Notes: generated by a model not told the origin, from the sequence alone. Shown: positions 1 through 52,345, counted from the first letter of the stretch. The stretch is DNA of 64,000 bases from Glaucostegus cemiculus (GCA_976551045.1 CDPCPM010000120.1:868001-932000), one strand, 5' to 3'. A program made the numbers and translations.

Positions 1-3000
1 TAACGTACTGTGGACGTGTTCTGATCAATAACAAGATTTTGCATCAGTAAATCAGAATGTAGTCCCATCAATGTTTTAAACCACTGTTGGCTTAATAAGA
101 GACAATGGAAGGAGGGGGTTGTTGGGGTTTGGGTGGGTGTGGACAAAGCGCGTTTCTGGCCGCATTCGTGGGGAATTTAAGGAAGTTTTGATACATTTAC
201 CATTTCGTTCGGCGCACTTGTAGTTTTAACAACAGCGGGATCCTTCCCCCTCTGATTGTCTTAGTGCTGTTTTTCTTGAAACAGATACTGTACTCTTAAT
301 GAATCTCAACACAGCTGGACTACTCAGACTGAACAGTGATAGCTCTAACCCCAAGTTGACCCCAATGTGACACCAGAAGATGAAATTTTACCGGCTGTTA
401 AAGCAATCTTCTTCTATCCCCTACTATCTGCTTGTTGATAGAGATGTACTCCATAACCGGACACAGATTTACATTATCTGAACGGCAGCTACTTAATTCC
501 ATCTCCTAATGAAATCACATACAAAATCTTTTTTTTTCAGTATTAAACTCCCGTTGAGACATATCGATAAGCAAAACCTATAAAACTGCAAAACATAGTT
601 AATATATATTGCATTGGACATCTAAAACATTTTCTTAAACAGAAACCAATCCAAAAGTTTTATTGGGGGAAAAGACTCAAACAAGTTTTAATATATTCTG
701 GAATAAATCGGCACAAAAACTAACTGGTAAGCCAGGAATTGAGTTGGTGTCTTATTGAAACCCAACGAAGCAATTTACACAAACGTTCATCGCGATTTGA
801 TAGTCTGTATTTGAATTCTATTACTTATTAGTTGTCCGTTGTGAATCTTTAATAAACGTGAAGCCACAGTTTACGTTAAAGTCCTCCTGTCCTATACACA
901 AGAAGAAATTTAACCATCATATAAATAGATTTCCATCGATAAAATGCCTGGTGAAAACCATTTATTACATTGGAGGAACCCGCGCCTTGCTTATTGCCGC
1001 CCTGTATAAATGGTGCTTTGGAAGTCAATTGTTTCTTATAATACTGGTTAGAAATTAAGGAAATAATTTAAAACTTCTTTTATCACACAAATCCGAATGT
1101 GTACCTTCGCTCATACTAGAAAATAAAACATTGTTATTTTGAAAAATATCATATGCATTGCTAATTATTTGGGAGCTTTTAAAGAGAATTTTCCGATGTT
1201 TGAAAGAAAATGCCTAGTTCTGAATATAGTTTATAGATCTGTGCCTGAGTACAGTTGGAATATTTAATCTACGAGTCACAACATATTCCAACAGATATAA
1301 ATGGTTACGGTACGATGCCGCAGTCAAACCCATTTACAAAAAATGAGTCGGAACAAATGCATTTTCAATAGTCACCGATGACTGTCACACAACATTTACT
1401 TTTATTTATCACTTGAGAAGCCCCTACTCATCGCTGCTACCAGCTCATCGCTTTACTGCTTTATAAAGATTTCACAGTTTACAAACGGCTTGTACCCTGT
1501 TTCGGGTTCCGCTCAGAGACGCTTGCAACCGTTAGCAATGAGGTGAAAATTTGTGGCTGGTTGAATGAAAACCCGAGCGTTTCGCGGATTAGCCTACCGC
1601 TCTATCTACACCTATCTTCCACTACGTTGACTTGCTACATTATACGCAAATTAAAACAGAGCAATTATAAATGTGTGGTTGTACGTTTAGGCAAAACCAT
1701 GACAACGTTGTCATTTGTATCTAAGAATAAATGCTTATTAGTGAAACACTTACTAAAGACTCGGCTTGCACTTACCATGCTGTATAGGAGGACAAGTCGC
1801 TAGCACATTATACCAGGAGAGTACTATTTGACGAACGTCTCGGAAGGCAGCTGGATCTTCAGTAGCTGTGCGTCTTTTTCTTTTAGGGGGAAAAAGAGGG
1901 GGAACAATGCGTAAAAGTATTTTGGGAGCGGATTTTCGACGGTGTCCTGCATTGTCAACACTCCCTGGTAAACTCAGGCAGAAGCGTGTTGGAATGCCCA
2001 CTGGCGTTTGTCAACCGCTGCACTATCTTACTTTTTATATGAGGGGTGTTTTCACAAACATCATTGTTGTTATGATGCCTCGTTTAATCAAACTGCTTAA
2101 TTGCAGTAGTTATCACTATCATCATCATCCTCCTAATCATTCATCTTTTTTTTGCTTTATTGACCTCTGAAGTTGCATTGTTATTATGCCCTGTGTCCGT
2201 AAAAATAAAGTGCACATATTCTGCCTTGACAAAGTCGTGATTCATGTTTAATTTTGGAAATCAAATATCCCGTAGACAATGTATTTTGCCATTTTTGTGA
2301 AACCGTCGATATGTGATGTCACATGCACAAAAGACAGCATGTCTATTGATGAAGCCAAATATTAAACGGAATAGTCCGCTTTGGCCTTTGTGCGCAGGGG
2401 ACCGTGAACGAGAGGGAAAAAAGACAAAACTCCTGCAATCGATGGGTCGACCAATGCTCCGCCCCTTAACTTCTAGCATCTCCTGTGATTGATGATCAGA
2501 TGAAGCTATGATAATTGACTGCCATGATGTACGGCTGGGTGCATGAATTTGGATTCAGCAAAAGGATTGGACGAGACGCACAAAATTACTTTCCCTGCAA
2601 AAGCTTTTTTTTTGGTTGGAAAAGTTCATTTGTGCTCAAGGGGGTGCGGGAGCACACTTAATTTTCTAAATAGCACCACACAATTAGGCACACCATTATC
2701 AGGGATTACTGTGATAAATGTCTTAACCTACACTGCAAACCACAATAAAGCTCGGAAAAAGTAAACGGGGGAAAACAAGCTCGCGCACAGAATGTCTGGG
2801 AGCAAAATAATTTTAAAGCCTGTTGAACTTCGCAACTAACCACTTACTCAAATAAAACCAATGCTGTCCTTCTGAAGCACCTCCGTCCCAACCTATAACG
2901 CTCGCGTCCTGGTCATTCGTAAATGGGATGAGTTAACGGGTTCCCTACGTTATACTTGTAAATGTGGCAAGTGTGGAAATTCTCTAATCGCTGAGATCCC

Positions 3001-3229
3001 TTTAGTGTCTGCGAATTACAAGAAGGTTGGTTTTAAGAAAGGATGCCGCAGCGTTGTAGTCATTAGCTTACTTTGGGAAAGTTTTGAAATATTTTAACAA
3101 GCCAACAACTTTTTTTTGTTGTCACAAAGATCGTGCCTGATATGAAAAGAAAAGCCGGACAGTGAACCTTGTTAGGATAACATAATGCTGATTGATTTAG
3201 AGATCTTGTCTTTTAATCTTATTGGAGGG

Positions 3230-3237
3230 GGGGAGAG

Positions 3238-3271
<34 letters not shown>

Positions 3272-3520
3272 GGGGGTGGGGGGGTGGGCGGGATGCGGTG
3301 AGCGATTTTTGTTTGGCTCCCCCCATGACTTGCAGCAGTCCGGATTGCATACTCTGCATATCAGAGACTGGTTGGCGTACGACTGGCTATGGCCACCACT
3401 ACTTCCGGGTTCCGTCATTCTCCCGCTGCCGCCGCTCAGCGCTGCCAGCGCATTATTACTGACAACACACTCACTCTGTAACCAACCAACCTGCCACCTC
3501 CTCAATACTTACTGACAGCC
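3230..3520 (+). promoter_or_regulatory. Probable MEIS2 core promoter / TSS region
   Basis: GC- and CpG-rich stretch about 650 nt upstream of the ATG. It has an ETS/GABP motif ACTTCCGG (3401-3408), an Inr-like TCATTCT (3415-3421), a GC-box-like GGGCGG (~3286) and TGACAG (3513-3518). The TSS position is inferred. Confidence 0.55.
3242..3270. repeat. (TG)n microsatellite
   Basis: About 14 uninterrupted TG units, seen directly. Confidence 0.95.
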
Positions 3521-3724
3521 ACTTATTCAAACAAACAACAAAAAAAAAGCCACGAAAGAAGCCGAGGCTGCTTTTCACCCCATTCTCTCTCTTATTTTTT
3601 TGTTGTTAACTCCTCGTGAACGTTTTCATCGCCGTTTCTTCTTACAGTAAGATAGCGGTCCAAGGCAGCCGGAGTTGTTGCAACGGCAGATCATCATTCA
3701 TTCAATACCTTGACAACCCTGCTT

Positions 3725-3737
3725 TGATTGACAGCTG
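3725..3737 (+). promoter_or_regulatory. PBX-MEIS/PREP composite site TGATTGACAG overlapping E-box CAGCTG
   Basis: Exact match to the established PBX-MEIS/PREP decamer, lying in the inferred 5'UTR. Confidence 0.6.
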
Positions 3738-3752
3738 GAGTGGCAAAAAGCC

Positions 3753-3803
3753 ATGAGAGACGACAGTTTTGTTACAAGCGGGCTGTTGACGGGCCGATCG
3801 TAA
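3753..3803 (+). other. Upstream ORF in the inferred MEIS2 5'UTR (MRDDSFVTSGLLTGRS*)
   Basis: AAGCC-ATG-A context (G at -3), 16 codons, TAA at 3801-3803. Confidence 0.55.
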
Positions 3804-3867
3804 CCTTCAGTATTTTTTTTGGCTTGACATTTTTTTTCGCCTCTTCTTCTGGAAAAGAAAACAAGGG

Positions 3868-3873
<6 letters not shown>

Positions 3874-3898
<25 letters not shown>
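3874..3898. repeat. (GA)n microsatellite in the 5' leader
   Basis: Seen directly. Confidence 0.93.
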
Positions 3899-3905
<7 letters not shown>

Positions 3906-4013
3906 AGGCAAAGTTCCCTTTCCTGGGTCCGCTTTAAACTGCGGTAGTGGAGGATAAGCAGAAGTCGAAAACTGGATTGGGAAAATAAAGGGATCTCGTT
4001 CAATCACAACTAA

Positions 4014-44082
<40,069 letters not shown>

Positions 44083-45099
44083 TGAAGAAATTGTACAGTG
44101 GTTAATATTACTTCCTTGACGCTGATTTAAATAGAGTTTAAAGTTCAAGAGAAAACATTTCTGTAGTCTGTGAACATTACGCTCCATTTTCTTCAGATGT
44201 TCAACTCATTAAAGTATAGCTCTGCAAAAGATTATCTGGGCCTTGCGAAACATTCTCGCTCAGATGACAAACTTCACAAGAACATTAGATAGTGAACCAT
44301 TTTTTTTATATCATCCAACATTATTTCTAGTCTTGTATTTTAAAGAAATATTTTTTGAAGACTGCTTTTTGGGAGACCATGTTTCTAAACAAGAGGGTTA
44401 GAAGTGTCATTATCTGTCAAGTTTCCAATCCACTGCTTTTATTGTTGGCTTAGATGTACAGTTCCATTGCGAATGCTGCTAATTTCTGTTCCATTTTTGT
44501 TAACCCATTAAACACAGCCTTCCTAAGCAGTTTATCACACAGTTACAGGATAACTCGCTATGCACATTATGGTTGGGCAATCTTGGGTGTTAAATTACAT
44601 CATTGAGCCAATAGGAAAGTGCAGATATTACCTAGCTGGGCCAGATTAATATTATAATTTGATTTTACAGGGAGTGGATCACATCAGTGATCACTTCTGG
44701 GTTAAATCATACCAATCACAAAACTGGACTTGGCACTTAATGTACGAATGACCTTAGAGCACCTTTTGTTATCAGATACTGCAGTGCACCCTAATCACAT
44801 CATTTTTCTGTAATGCCCATTTTTGCCCAGAGTGACATAAATTGAAGCTCAAAGCCTCATATTACAACAGTTATGGGACAGTCTCACTCAAACTAGGAGC
44901 ACATTGGGTTCATTTGTTGCCTTTCTTACTCTTTTAAGGGAGACTTTGCCCATATCAGCAAACCTAAGCGGGCAGGTTCAGAACTGACTAAACGGCTCAG
45001 ACACCTTAGAAACTCCACAGAGTGAGCTTAGACTGGCAGGGTGTTTCTTCCAGCACTGAGCTACTGAGGCACTCATACAATGAGTGCTAGCAACACTCT

Positions 45100-46130
45100 G
45101 TTACTGGAGGCAGTGTTATGGCCATGTCTGCCCACTCTGGTGGCTGTGGGACCTCAGAGCGGGAAGCAAAGCTTCCTCCCACAGAGGCTTCAGAGATACC
45201 ATTCCTACAGGAACTTTCCCATGAATGACTGGTTTTTCAAGGCTTTCACCGTGCAGGTTCGTAATGTTCTGCAGGATGACATTCTGCCATGCTCTTGGAT
45301 CACTTCTCTCCACGGAAGTCAGGGTCGCATTGACTGAGAGCTTCTTCATCATAGGATCTTTCCAAGCAGCTACAGCAGATCACTTCCGCATCCCTCGATC
45401 TGCGGCTCCCCGCTGAATTGAAGGGGTTACCCAGGCACTGCACTTGCGAAGAAATTATTTTATTAACTTTGTTTTCAGTGAGGGACAGGCAGTATATCAG
45501 ACACTGGCACTTGCCGCATGTGTGTGCAGACTGTGCCCATGTGGGGGCCCGTGAGAGACCCAGATCTTTCATCAACAGGAAAGGTTCCCACTCCTAGTCT
45601 GCAGGTAGTCATGAATCGAGAAGTGTTTCCTGATGGGGGATGTCACGTTTCTGGGAGTCACATATGACTCTTTCATCCTGAGGAGTTTCCAGTGCTGCAT
45701 GTTTTCAGCAGCCAATAGTTCTGGAGGAATGGTCCCTGAGGGACAATGACATTCCTCCACTTCTAGTGCCCTCTCTAACCAGAGCAGTTGAACGCAGAAC
45801 AACAAGAGTCATGCAGGTGCCAAGGACACAGTGGAAAACAACATGGCTCTCTTGAAGATGAGACTTAGTGACATTCATCAGTCCAAGGATGCTATACGGT
45901 CAGAGCAAGCAGGTGTGGAGACTTCATCGTTGTGTGCTGTGTGCTGCATAACCTTGTCAATCAAAGACAGCAGCTCCACTGGAGGAAGAGGAGCAGCATG
46001 ACCCAGAAGCTGAGGCCACGAGGCAGAGCTTGGAGAGCAGTAGGAACAAGAGGAGCAGGAGGAAGAAGGCAAAGAGCCTCACCCTCGCCACACTCCACTC
46101 CATACTGGTTATAACACATGACTGAATTAA
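45100..46130 (+). mobile_element. PIF/Harbinger DDE transposase relic (frameshifted pseudogene)
   Basis: Motifs appear in the correct order across frames: FFIIGSFQAATAD (~45342), DCAHV (45529), FINRKGSHS (45568), DSFILR (~45666), NKSH...VE..LLKMR (~45800-45862), CCVLHNL (45935), then an acidic tail. Confidence 0.85.
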
Positions 46131-47210
46131 TCTGTGACCCAGTTTCATCAAAGGCTTGCTATAACATCTCTGTCTGAGTGGCACCTCGTGTAACCAACTC
46201 ATCCTCCCACAAAAAATAACCACCTAACTTTCTGTATATGGAAATGGTGGTGTGCACATCACCCTGCTGTCACTCGGAAAAATATGCAGTTTCTTTACTC
46301 ATTACCTTACAGTGTGGAAATTCTCACTCCTGAAGGTGACTGTTGTATTCCTGTTTTGCTTGTCCCTTATGAGTGAATGTAGGAGGAGTTGACCACTTTC
46401 CCACAGCCTCTGACTCTCCTGTGGCAGCCAAGTATGTAATGCGCCTTTGTGCTTGCCACAGGAAGTGTCTTTAAGGTGCGTAGTACTTCTTTGCTCTGCA
46501 GCAAATGTCTTGGAAGGTGCTCTGAATTAGGAAGGACCTGTCAGGAAAGCGATGTCCTATTTAGCGCTCGTCCTTGGATGCAAACCACCCCAACAGAATT
46601 TCACACTGGGCATTGGCCAATTTTGCTGTGATTTTTCCGAGAACACAACTTAGTACTTGTGTTAAACACAACAATGTTTTAGCACACCATAAAGAGGTGC
46701 AGCCCACTCCTTGGGCACAGGATCCCAAGACATAACAAAGATAAGCATAATTTTTTTTGAAAAAAAAGCAGAGGATTGTTTCATGTGAAATTCAACCCAC
46801 GTCAAATTTTTATATTGATCAATCCAGCAGCAAAAAGGCTGCCATTTAACCTGGATTTGCCAGTCCCTGGCCTGACTCACCAAATTGTGCCCCAAGCAAA
46901 GCCCCCTATATTACTGGGCAAGGTTGTGGTAGGAAGGAGGATGTAAAGTGCTCTGCTGTTGCAGATATCAGCTGCTTTAATTAAGGATATCTGCTCCCAT
47001 CCCATATGGTCCAATGAGACCAGCATCAATATTTCCTTGGAGGTGCATTCTGACCCCTAATGTCAGTAGTTGACTTCTGAATTTTCCTTTAGTTATTTGG
47101 TTTTTGTCCTCAATGCATTCAAATCCCGGAGCACCTGCAAGGTGAGTTTTGACAATCACATATTAATTTTATTAAATGTACTTGTGGCTTGCTCCAAAGA
47201 GTTAACAAAA

Positions 47211-47512
47211 AGAACATAGAGTATAGAACAGTACAGCACAGGAACAGGCCCTTCAGCCCATGATGTCTGTGCCGAACGTGATGCCAAATTAAACTAATTC
47301 TCTTTTGCCTGCACATGATCCATATCTCTTCATTCCCTGCATATTCATTTGTCTATCTAGCAGCCTGTTAAACACCGCTCTCGTATCTACTTCCACCATT
47401 ACCCTAGGCAGCCCGTCCCAGGCGCCTACCAATGTCTGTGTAAAAAAACTTGCCCCATACATCTCCTTTAAACTTTCCCCCTCCTACCTTAAACACACAT
47501 CCTTTAGTATTT
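47211..47512 (-). mobile_element. CR1 LINE 3' fragment
   Basis: Reverse complement of the CR1 3' end (gaacatagag...cagtacagcacaggaacaggcccttcagccca). Homologous to 38800-39090. Confidence 0.85.
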
Positions 47513-48399
47513 AAAAGATTATTCCAACCTGAAACCCAAAGTTTCAACTCATTTGTTTAGTCACATAGGCTTTAATGTAAACCAAGATGCAGTTGTTGAG
47601 TCACGGCAGTTTCTTTGCATATACTTAAAGATCAGAGATGCCTTGTACTGTATATAGCTCTAATCCTACAGCTGTGAAGCAGCTGCTTCCTTTGTAACAG
47701 CATGTGCGCTGAAGTGTGCAGCTCCTGTCATCACCTGAATACCTTTAATCAAAATGTATTATTTTATTCCTTCAGCAACCAAACTATGCCAACAGTATTT
47801 TCCACCTGCAAAATCAAATGTTTGGTTGGTAAACAACCTTTTATGCAAAGTTATAATTGCAATATCAAATGTTAACAAACCATTATAGATATTAAGGTGG
47901 AGAATGCGACATTATCTTGATGGGTTTGATGAAGCATATATAAATGTAGATTCTTGGAAGTAAGCTGCTAAAAATGTAAGATTTAGTCTTTGATTTGATT
48001 GTTTCCCACTAAATGACATTTAACATGGTGTCTTTGGATTTGAACAATTGTACTGAATAATTCATGGTACATGTACAAATATTTGTGTGGTTGCCAAGGA
48101 TTGATAAAATGCAAAATCGTAATAGCCGGCTAGATTAATACACCACGTGGATATGGCAAAGAGGAGCACTGAACAAGTCCCGGTTTAACCTGCAGCTGCA
48201 GTGGTTTGGTATTCAGACAGTGCAGTCAACTTCAGCATCCTAATACTGCAGGGGAGGGAGAAAAATGCCAGGGATTTCCCTCCTGATTTACTGATCTGGT
48301 AATCCCTGCTGGATAGTGGACTGTGAGGACAGAGGAAGCTTAAAGTTCCCTCACTTTCCCTCCCCCACCCATCCAGTAAAAGATCTACGTAGTGCATAC

Positions 48400-48920
48400 A
48401 GAGTCACGAAGCATGGAAACAGCTCCTTCGACTCACTGAATCCACACTGACCATCAAGAAGCACCCATTTACACTTATCCTACACCAATCCCATTTTCTT
48501 CTTCTTCTTCTTCTTCTTCTTTATCTTTGTTAGTCACATGTACATTGAAACACACAGTGAAATGCATATTTTATGTAGTGTGTTCTGGGGGGCAGCCCAC
48601 AAGTGTCGCCACACTTCCGGCGCTAACTTAGCATGCATACAATTTCCTAACCTGTACGTCTTTGGAACCCATACGTCTCTCCACATTCCCACCAATTCCC
48701 TCCAGATTCTACCACTCCCCTATATATTAGTGGCAATTTACAGTCACCAGTTAACTTGCCAACCCAGATACTTTGAGATGTGGGAGGAAACTGGAGCATC
48801 TGGGGAAAGCCCTTATGGTCATAAGGAGAACATGCAAACTCCGCACAGCCAGCACTAGAAATCAGGATTGAACCCAGCTCTGAGACAGCAGCTCTAACTC
48901 GCTATGCCACTGTGCCGTCC
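48400..48920 (-). mobile_element. V-SINE family B (HE1-like), interrupted by a family A fragment
   Basis: CR1-type tail at 48400-48440. V-domain and head at 48770-48920, with B box GGTTCAATCC on the minus strand. Confidence 0.8.
48495..48667 (-). mobile_element. V-SINE family A 3' half with (AAG)n tail, nested insertion
   Basis: Matches 21470-21610. Flanked by CCCAT at 48490-48494 and 48668-48672. Confidence 0.85.
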
Positions 48921-50713
48921 TATCTGAAGAACAGTCAGATTGGATGAGGTACTGGAGTAATAGCCAGTGGCATTGACATCAAACTCTTATCAAGGAGACA
49001 TGGCTTCAGGACGGGGTAAAAGTGACAGACATTAAAAAAAGGCTTTTGTGCATTATTCAGTCTTTTGCACAAAATTTTGCAATTAGTGTTTCAAGTATAG
49101 CCATACATGAGGTTAATGCTATCACACGGTACCTTTAGTCTATATCAATCCTCCCTGGCAAGAATTTACTATTACGCAGTTATTGTGAAGTTTGATATTT
49201 CTATTGAGATGATTCGATTGCTTAAGCAGAATCCTGCAATGTTTTAGCAACAACTGCAACTTTTTATCCTAGGCTGCTTCAGTGTGGCTCGTCTTTTTAA
49301 ATACCCAATATTTTTTTTTTCAGTACTTTATATGAGAGGTTTTACGAAGGATTCGTAGATTTATCATGAGAAGTTAGAGGATCAGAATTGTAAACAGAAT
49401 TTGTTCTAATAACAGGTTGGAGACATGGATTTTCACTGATATTCCATGTAATTTTTATTTTTTATTGTAAATGCACACTTATTATTAATTTTATTTCTTA
49501 TTATGATTGTAAATGCCCAATGACTTAATGGATGGAGAAAGGACCTGCTGGCAGATTGGGGTAGATAGGATAAATCAGGTTAAGAGAAGACAACCTGATT
49601 TACATTGAAGTCAAAGGAAATGAACAGAAGGAGAGTTCTAAAACAGCCAGCCTTCTCCCCACCATCCATTTCACACCTTCACACAAAAATAAAAATCTAC
49701 TTGGTATAGTGAAATCTGGGACGTGCTTAAGTTCCACCTGTTTTATTGTCTCGAAGTGCCACATCGGGGCCTTGCGGAGTTATGTTTCCTTACGTCAACC
49801 TTGCTGCTGAGAAAAAGAAGCAAATAGAAGTTCCCACAAAGCGAGCCAATGTGAAAATAAGTTTGCAGTAGACATTGACCATGCAACTGGATACTGGCAA
49901 AGGTAAGCCCAAACCGGAAGACTAGAGGCTCAGCCGAAATTTGCTCTTTGACTACCTCTTGATGATTTGGATGTGCCATTTGCCCATGGTGAATGGATTT
50001 ATTTTGGGCAGTGTGCCTCACCAGCAGCAAACCTCAGTTAGGTCCCTCAGAGAGACAAAAGCAAGAAAACTGACGGTAGATTGACTGTGGCTCTTAGAGT
50101 GCTATGGGGCTGCTCTTTGATTCTACAAAAAGCTCAAAAGTGTCTTCAGCTATTTGGTGTAACCTGTACTCTATATCTGGGCAAAGCAAATCTGTCACCT
50201 GTTTCACTTGGGACACTTAATTGCCTGAGGGCTTCAGAAATGGGAATTTAGCACCTCATGCCCAAGCCAATATGAGATTGAACATGTTTCAGACATCCAT
50301 CACCGCTGCAATAGGCTCCAATTTTTATTCCCTTTGGTTGTACACGCCCCCAGTGATTGGTGTAACAGCTGGGGTTGGCAGAGGCCAGTGGACAGATGAA
50401 AACCTGAGGTGGGGTTGTGGTTCAGGGAGGCTGTAACAGGGAAAAGGAAGTAACAAAGTGGCTGAGGAATTTCTGACATCTATATTACACATAAATATAT
50501 TATTACAGGAATGTTGATGAGCATTGTCATTGAGCCCCCACAATGGATGGGAAGGAGACAGGTGTGTTAAAGGGGATAAAAAAAAGACTGCGCTCACTCC
50601 TCTGCTAACCTACAGTGGTTGGGTTTACAGCAGTAAGTGTGAACCAGGTAGAGATGGGACGACTCACTATTGGATAAATCAGTCTCCTCCAGCACAGGTA
50701 GGAAAGTGAAGCA

Positions 50714-51460
50714 AAAGATTTGGATTTATTTTGTGCATTTCTTGACCACAGGATATCCCAATATGCTTTGCCATGTACAAAATGCTTTCAAAGTGGAGTC
50801 TGTGTAATGTGGGAAGCAAGGCAGACGGTTTTTGCACAGCAAGCTCCCAGCCAGAGTAATGTGATAACTGAACAACCAGCTGTCTTGCTGATATTGATTG
50901 TTAGTAAATATTGGCCAAGAGACCAAGATAATTCCTCTCTTCTTGAAAATTGGTATTGGTATTGGTTTATTATTGTCACTTGTGCCGAGGTACAGTGAAA
51001 AGCTTGTCTTGGATACTGATCGTACAGGTCAATTCATTACACAGTGCAGTTACATTGAGTTAGTACAGAGTGCATTGAGGTAGTACAGGTAAAAACAATA
51101 ACAGTACAGAGTAAAGTGTCACAGCTATAGAGGAAGTGCAGTGCAGGTAGACAATAAGTGCAAGGTCACAACAAGGTAGATCGTGAGGTCAGAGTCCATC
51201 TCATCATACAAGGGAACCATTCAATAGTCTTATCGCAGTGGGATTGAAGCAGTCCTTAAGCCTGGTGGTATGTGCCTTCAGGTTCCTGTGTCTTCCACCT
51301 GATGGAAGAGGAGAGAAGAGAGAATGACTTGGGTGGTTGGGGGCTTTGATTTTGCTGGTTACTTGAAATAGCTTAAATCCACCTAGGAGGGCAGGCAGCA
51401 CCTGGATTTAAAGTCTCATCCTCAATACAGCTTCTTCAACAGTGCTGCATTCACTCAAGT
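50714..51460 (-). mobile_element. Deu-domain SINE (SacSINE1-like), split by a Rex1 insertion
   Basis: The two halves, 50714-50950 and 51361-51460, read as one continuous element. Homologous to 28060-28448. Confidence 0.65.
50951..51358 (-). mobile_element. Rex1/Babar LINE, 5'-truncated
   Basis: HPSHSLFSPLPSGGRHRNLKAHTTRLKDCFNPTAIRLLN is the Rex1 ORF C-terminal signature. The 3' end is gtgacaataataaa followed by (CCAATA)n. Confidence 0.88.
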
Positions 51461-51669
51461 TATCATCAACTTGTTCACTGAAGCAAATGAGAGGATGACC
51501 CAACAAGTTCCTTCTACCAACTTGCTGCCCCAATACAACACAACCCTCCGAACAGCAGAGACCTATGACAAGTGTCTGGAAAACGGGAACCACCTCGGAC
51601 CTCAGGACCCGTCCCTCAGCATCAATGGTGGAAATTAATCCTCACCTTCAGAGTCCTAGCACAGCCTTA

Positions 51670-52125
51670 GGTGGTCTGAGGGAAAAGTTTGAATGTCAAG
51701 AACTCAAACCTGGTGCAAAGCTAATAGTCTAATGGGCAGCAGTGATCCCTGACCTCTTGTAAGCATCTGAGACATGGACTACCTACAACAGGCACTCCAA
51801 AGCATAGTAGAGATGCCACCAACACTGTTTAGGCAAAATCCTCCAAATTCACTGGAAGGATAAGAAAACAAAAGGCCTATTGGCTCTCCCAAGCTAACGT
51901 CCCCAACATTAAGCTGTCATCAGCTCCAGTGGCGCGCTAACTCATTCTCACCTTCAATTCTAGATTCCCAAAACAGACACGCTATTCTGAGCTCTGTCAT
52001 GGTATGACATTCCCAGGTGGACAGTGAAGGAGATTCGAGAATTTCTCAAAGCCTCCTCGGAAAATTGTGCTGTTCCTATGACTCTTGAATCCCTGGCCCA
52101 TGATCACTCAAAGTGAAGAAGGAGC
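51670..52125 (+). mobile_element. RTE-clade LINE ORF C-terminal relic
   Basis: Translated by hand: KLIV*WAAVIPDLL*ASETWTTYNRHSKA**RCHQHCLGKILQIHWKDK...PKQ..YSEL..G....GGQ. This is the RTE pattern LLYGSETWT...FHQRCLRKIL. Confidence 0.8.
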
Positions 52126-52345
52126 ACAAGAACATAAGAAATAGAAGAAGGAGGAGGAGGCCAATCAGCCCCTCATTCCCGCTCTGCCTTTCAATCAAAT
52201 CAATCCCCTTTCCTGCACTAACTTGCATCTTAAAATCTATTGCTCTCTGTCTCCACAACTGAGCCTTTATAGCTCTCTTAGGTAATGAATTCCAAAGGTT
52301 CACCACACTCTCGGTGAAGAACTTTTATTTCTGTCCTGAATAGGT
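52126..52345 (-). mobile_element. CR1 LINE 3' fragment (second subfamily)
   Basis: Minus-strand VVNLWNSLP motif and a ttcttatgttctt tail. Confidence 0.75.

Noticed and set aside
3389-3481. 30-codon ORF with strong Kozak context (GCTATGG; MATTTSGFRHSPAAAQR...)
   Set aside because: The ATG lies upstream of the ETS/Inr-like motifs that mark the inferred TSS, so it is probably not in the mRNA. Reconsider if the TSS maps further 5'.
51163-51198. Nuclear-receptor half-sites (AGGTCA-n5-AGGTAG; AGGTCA-g-AGTCCA) as a possible retinoic acid response element
   Set aside because: The second half-sites are imperfect and lie inside a Rex1 3'UTR, with no evidence of exaptation.
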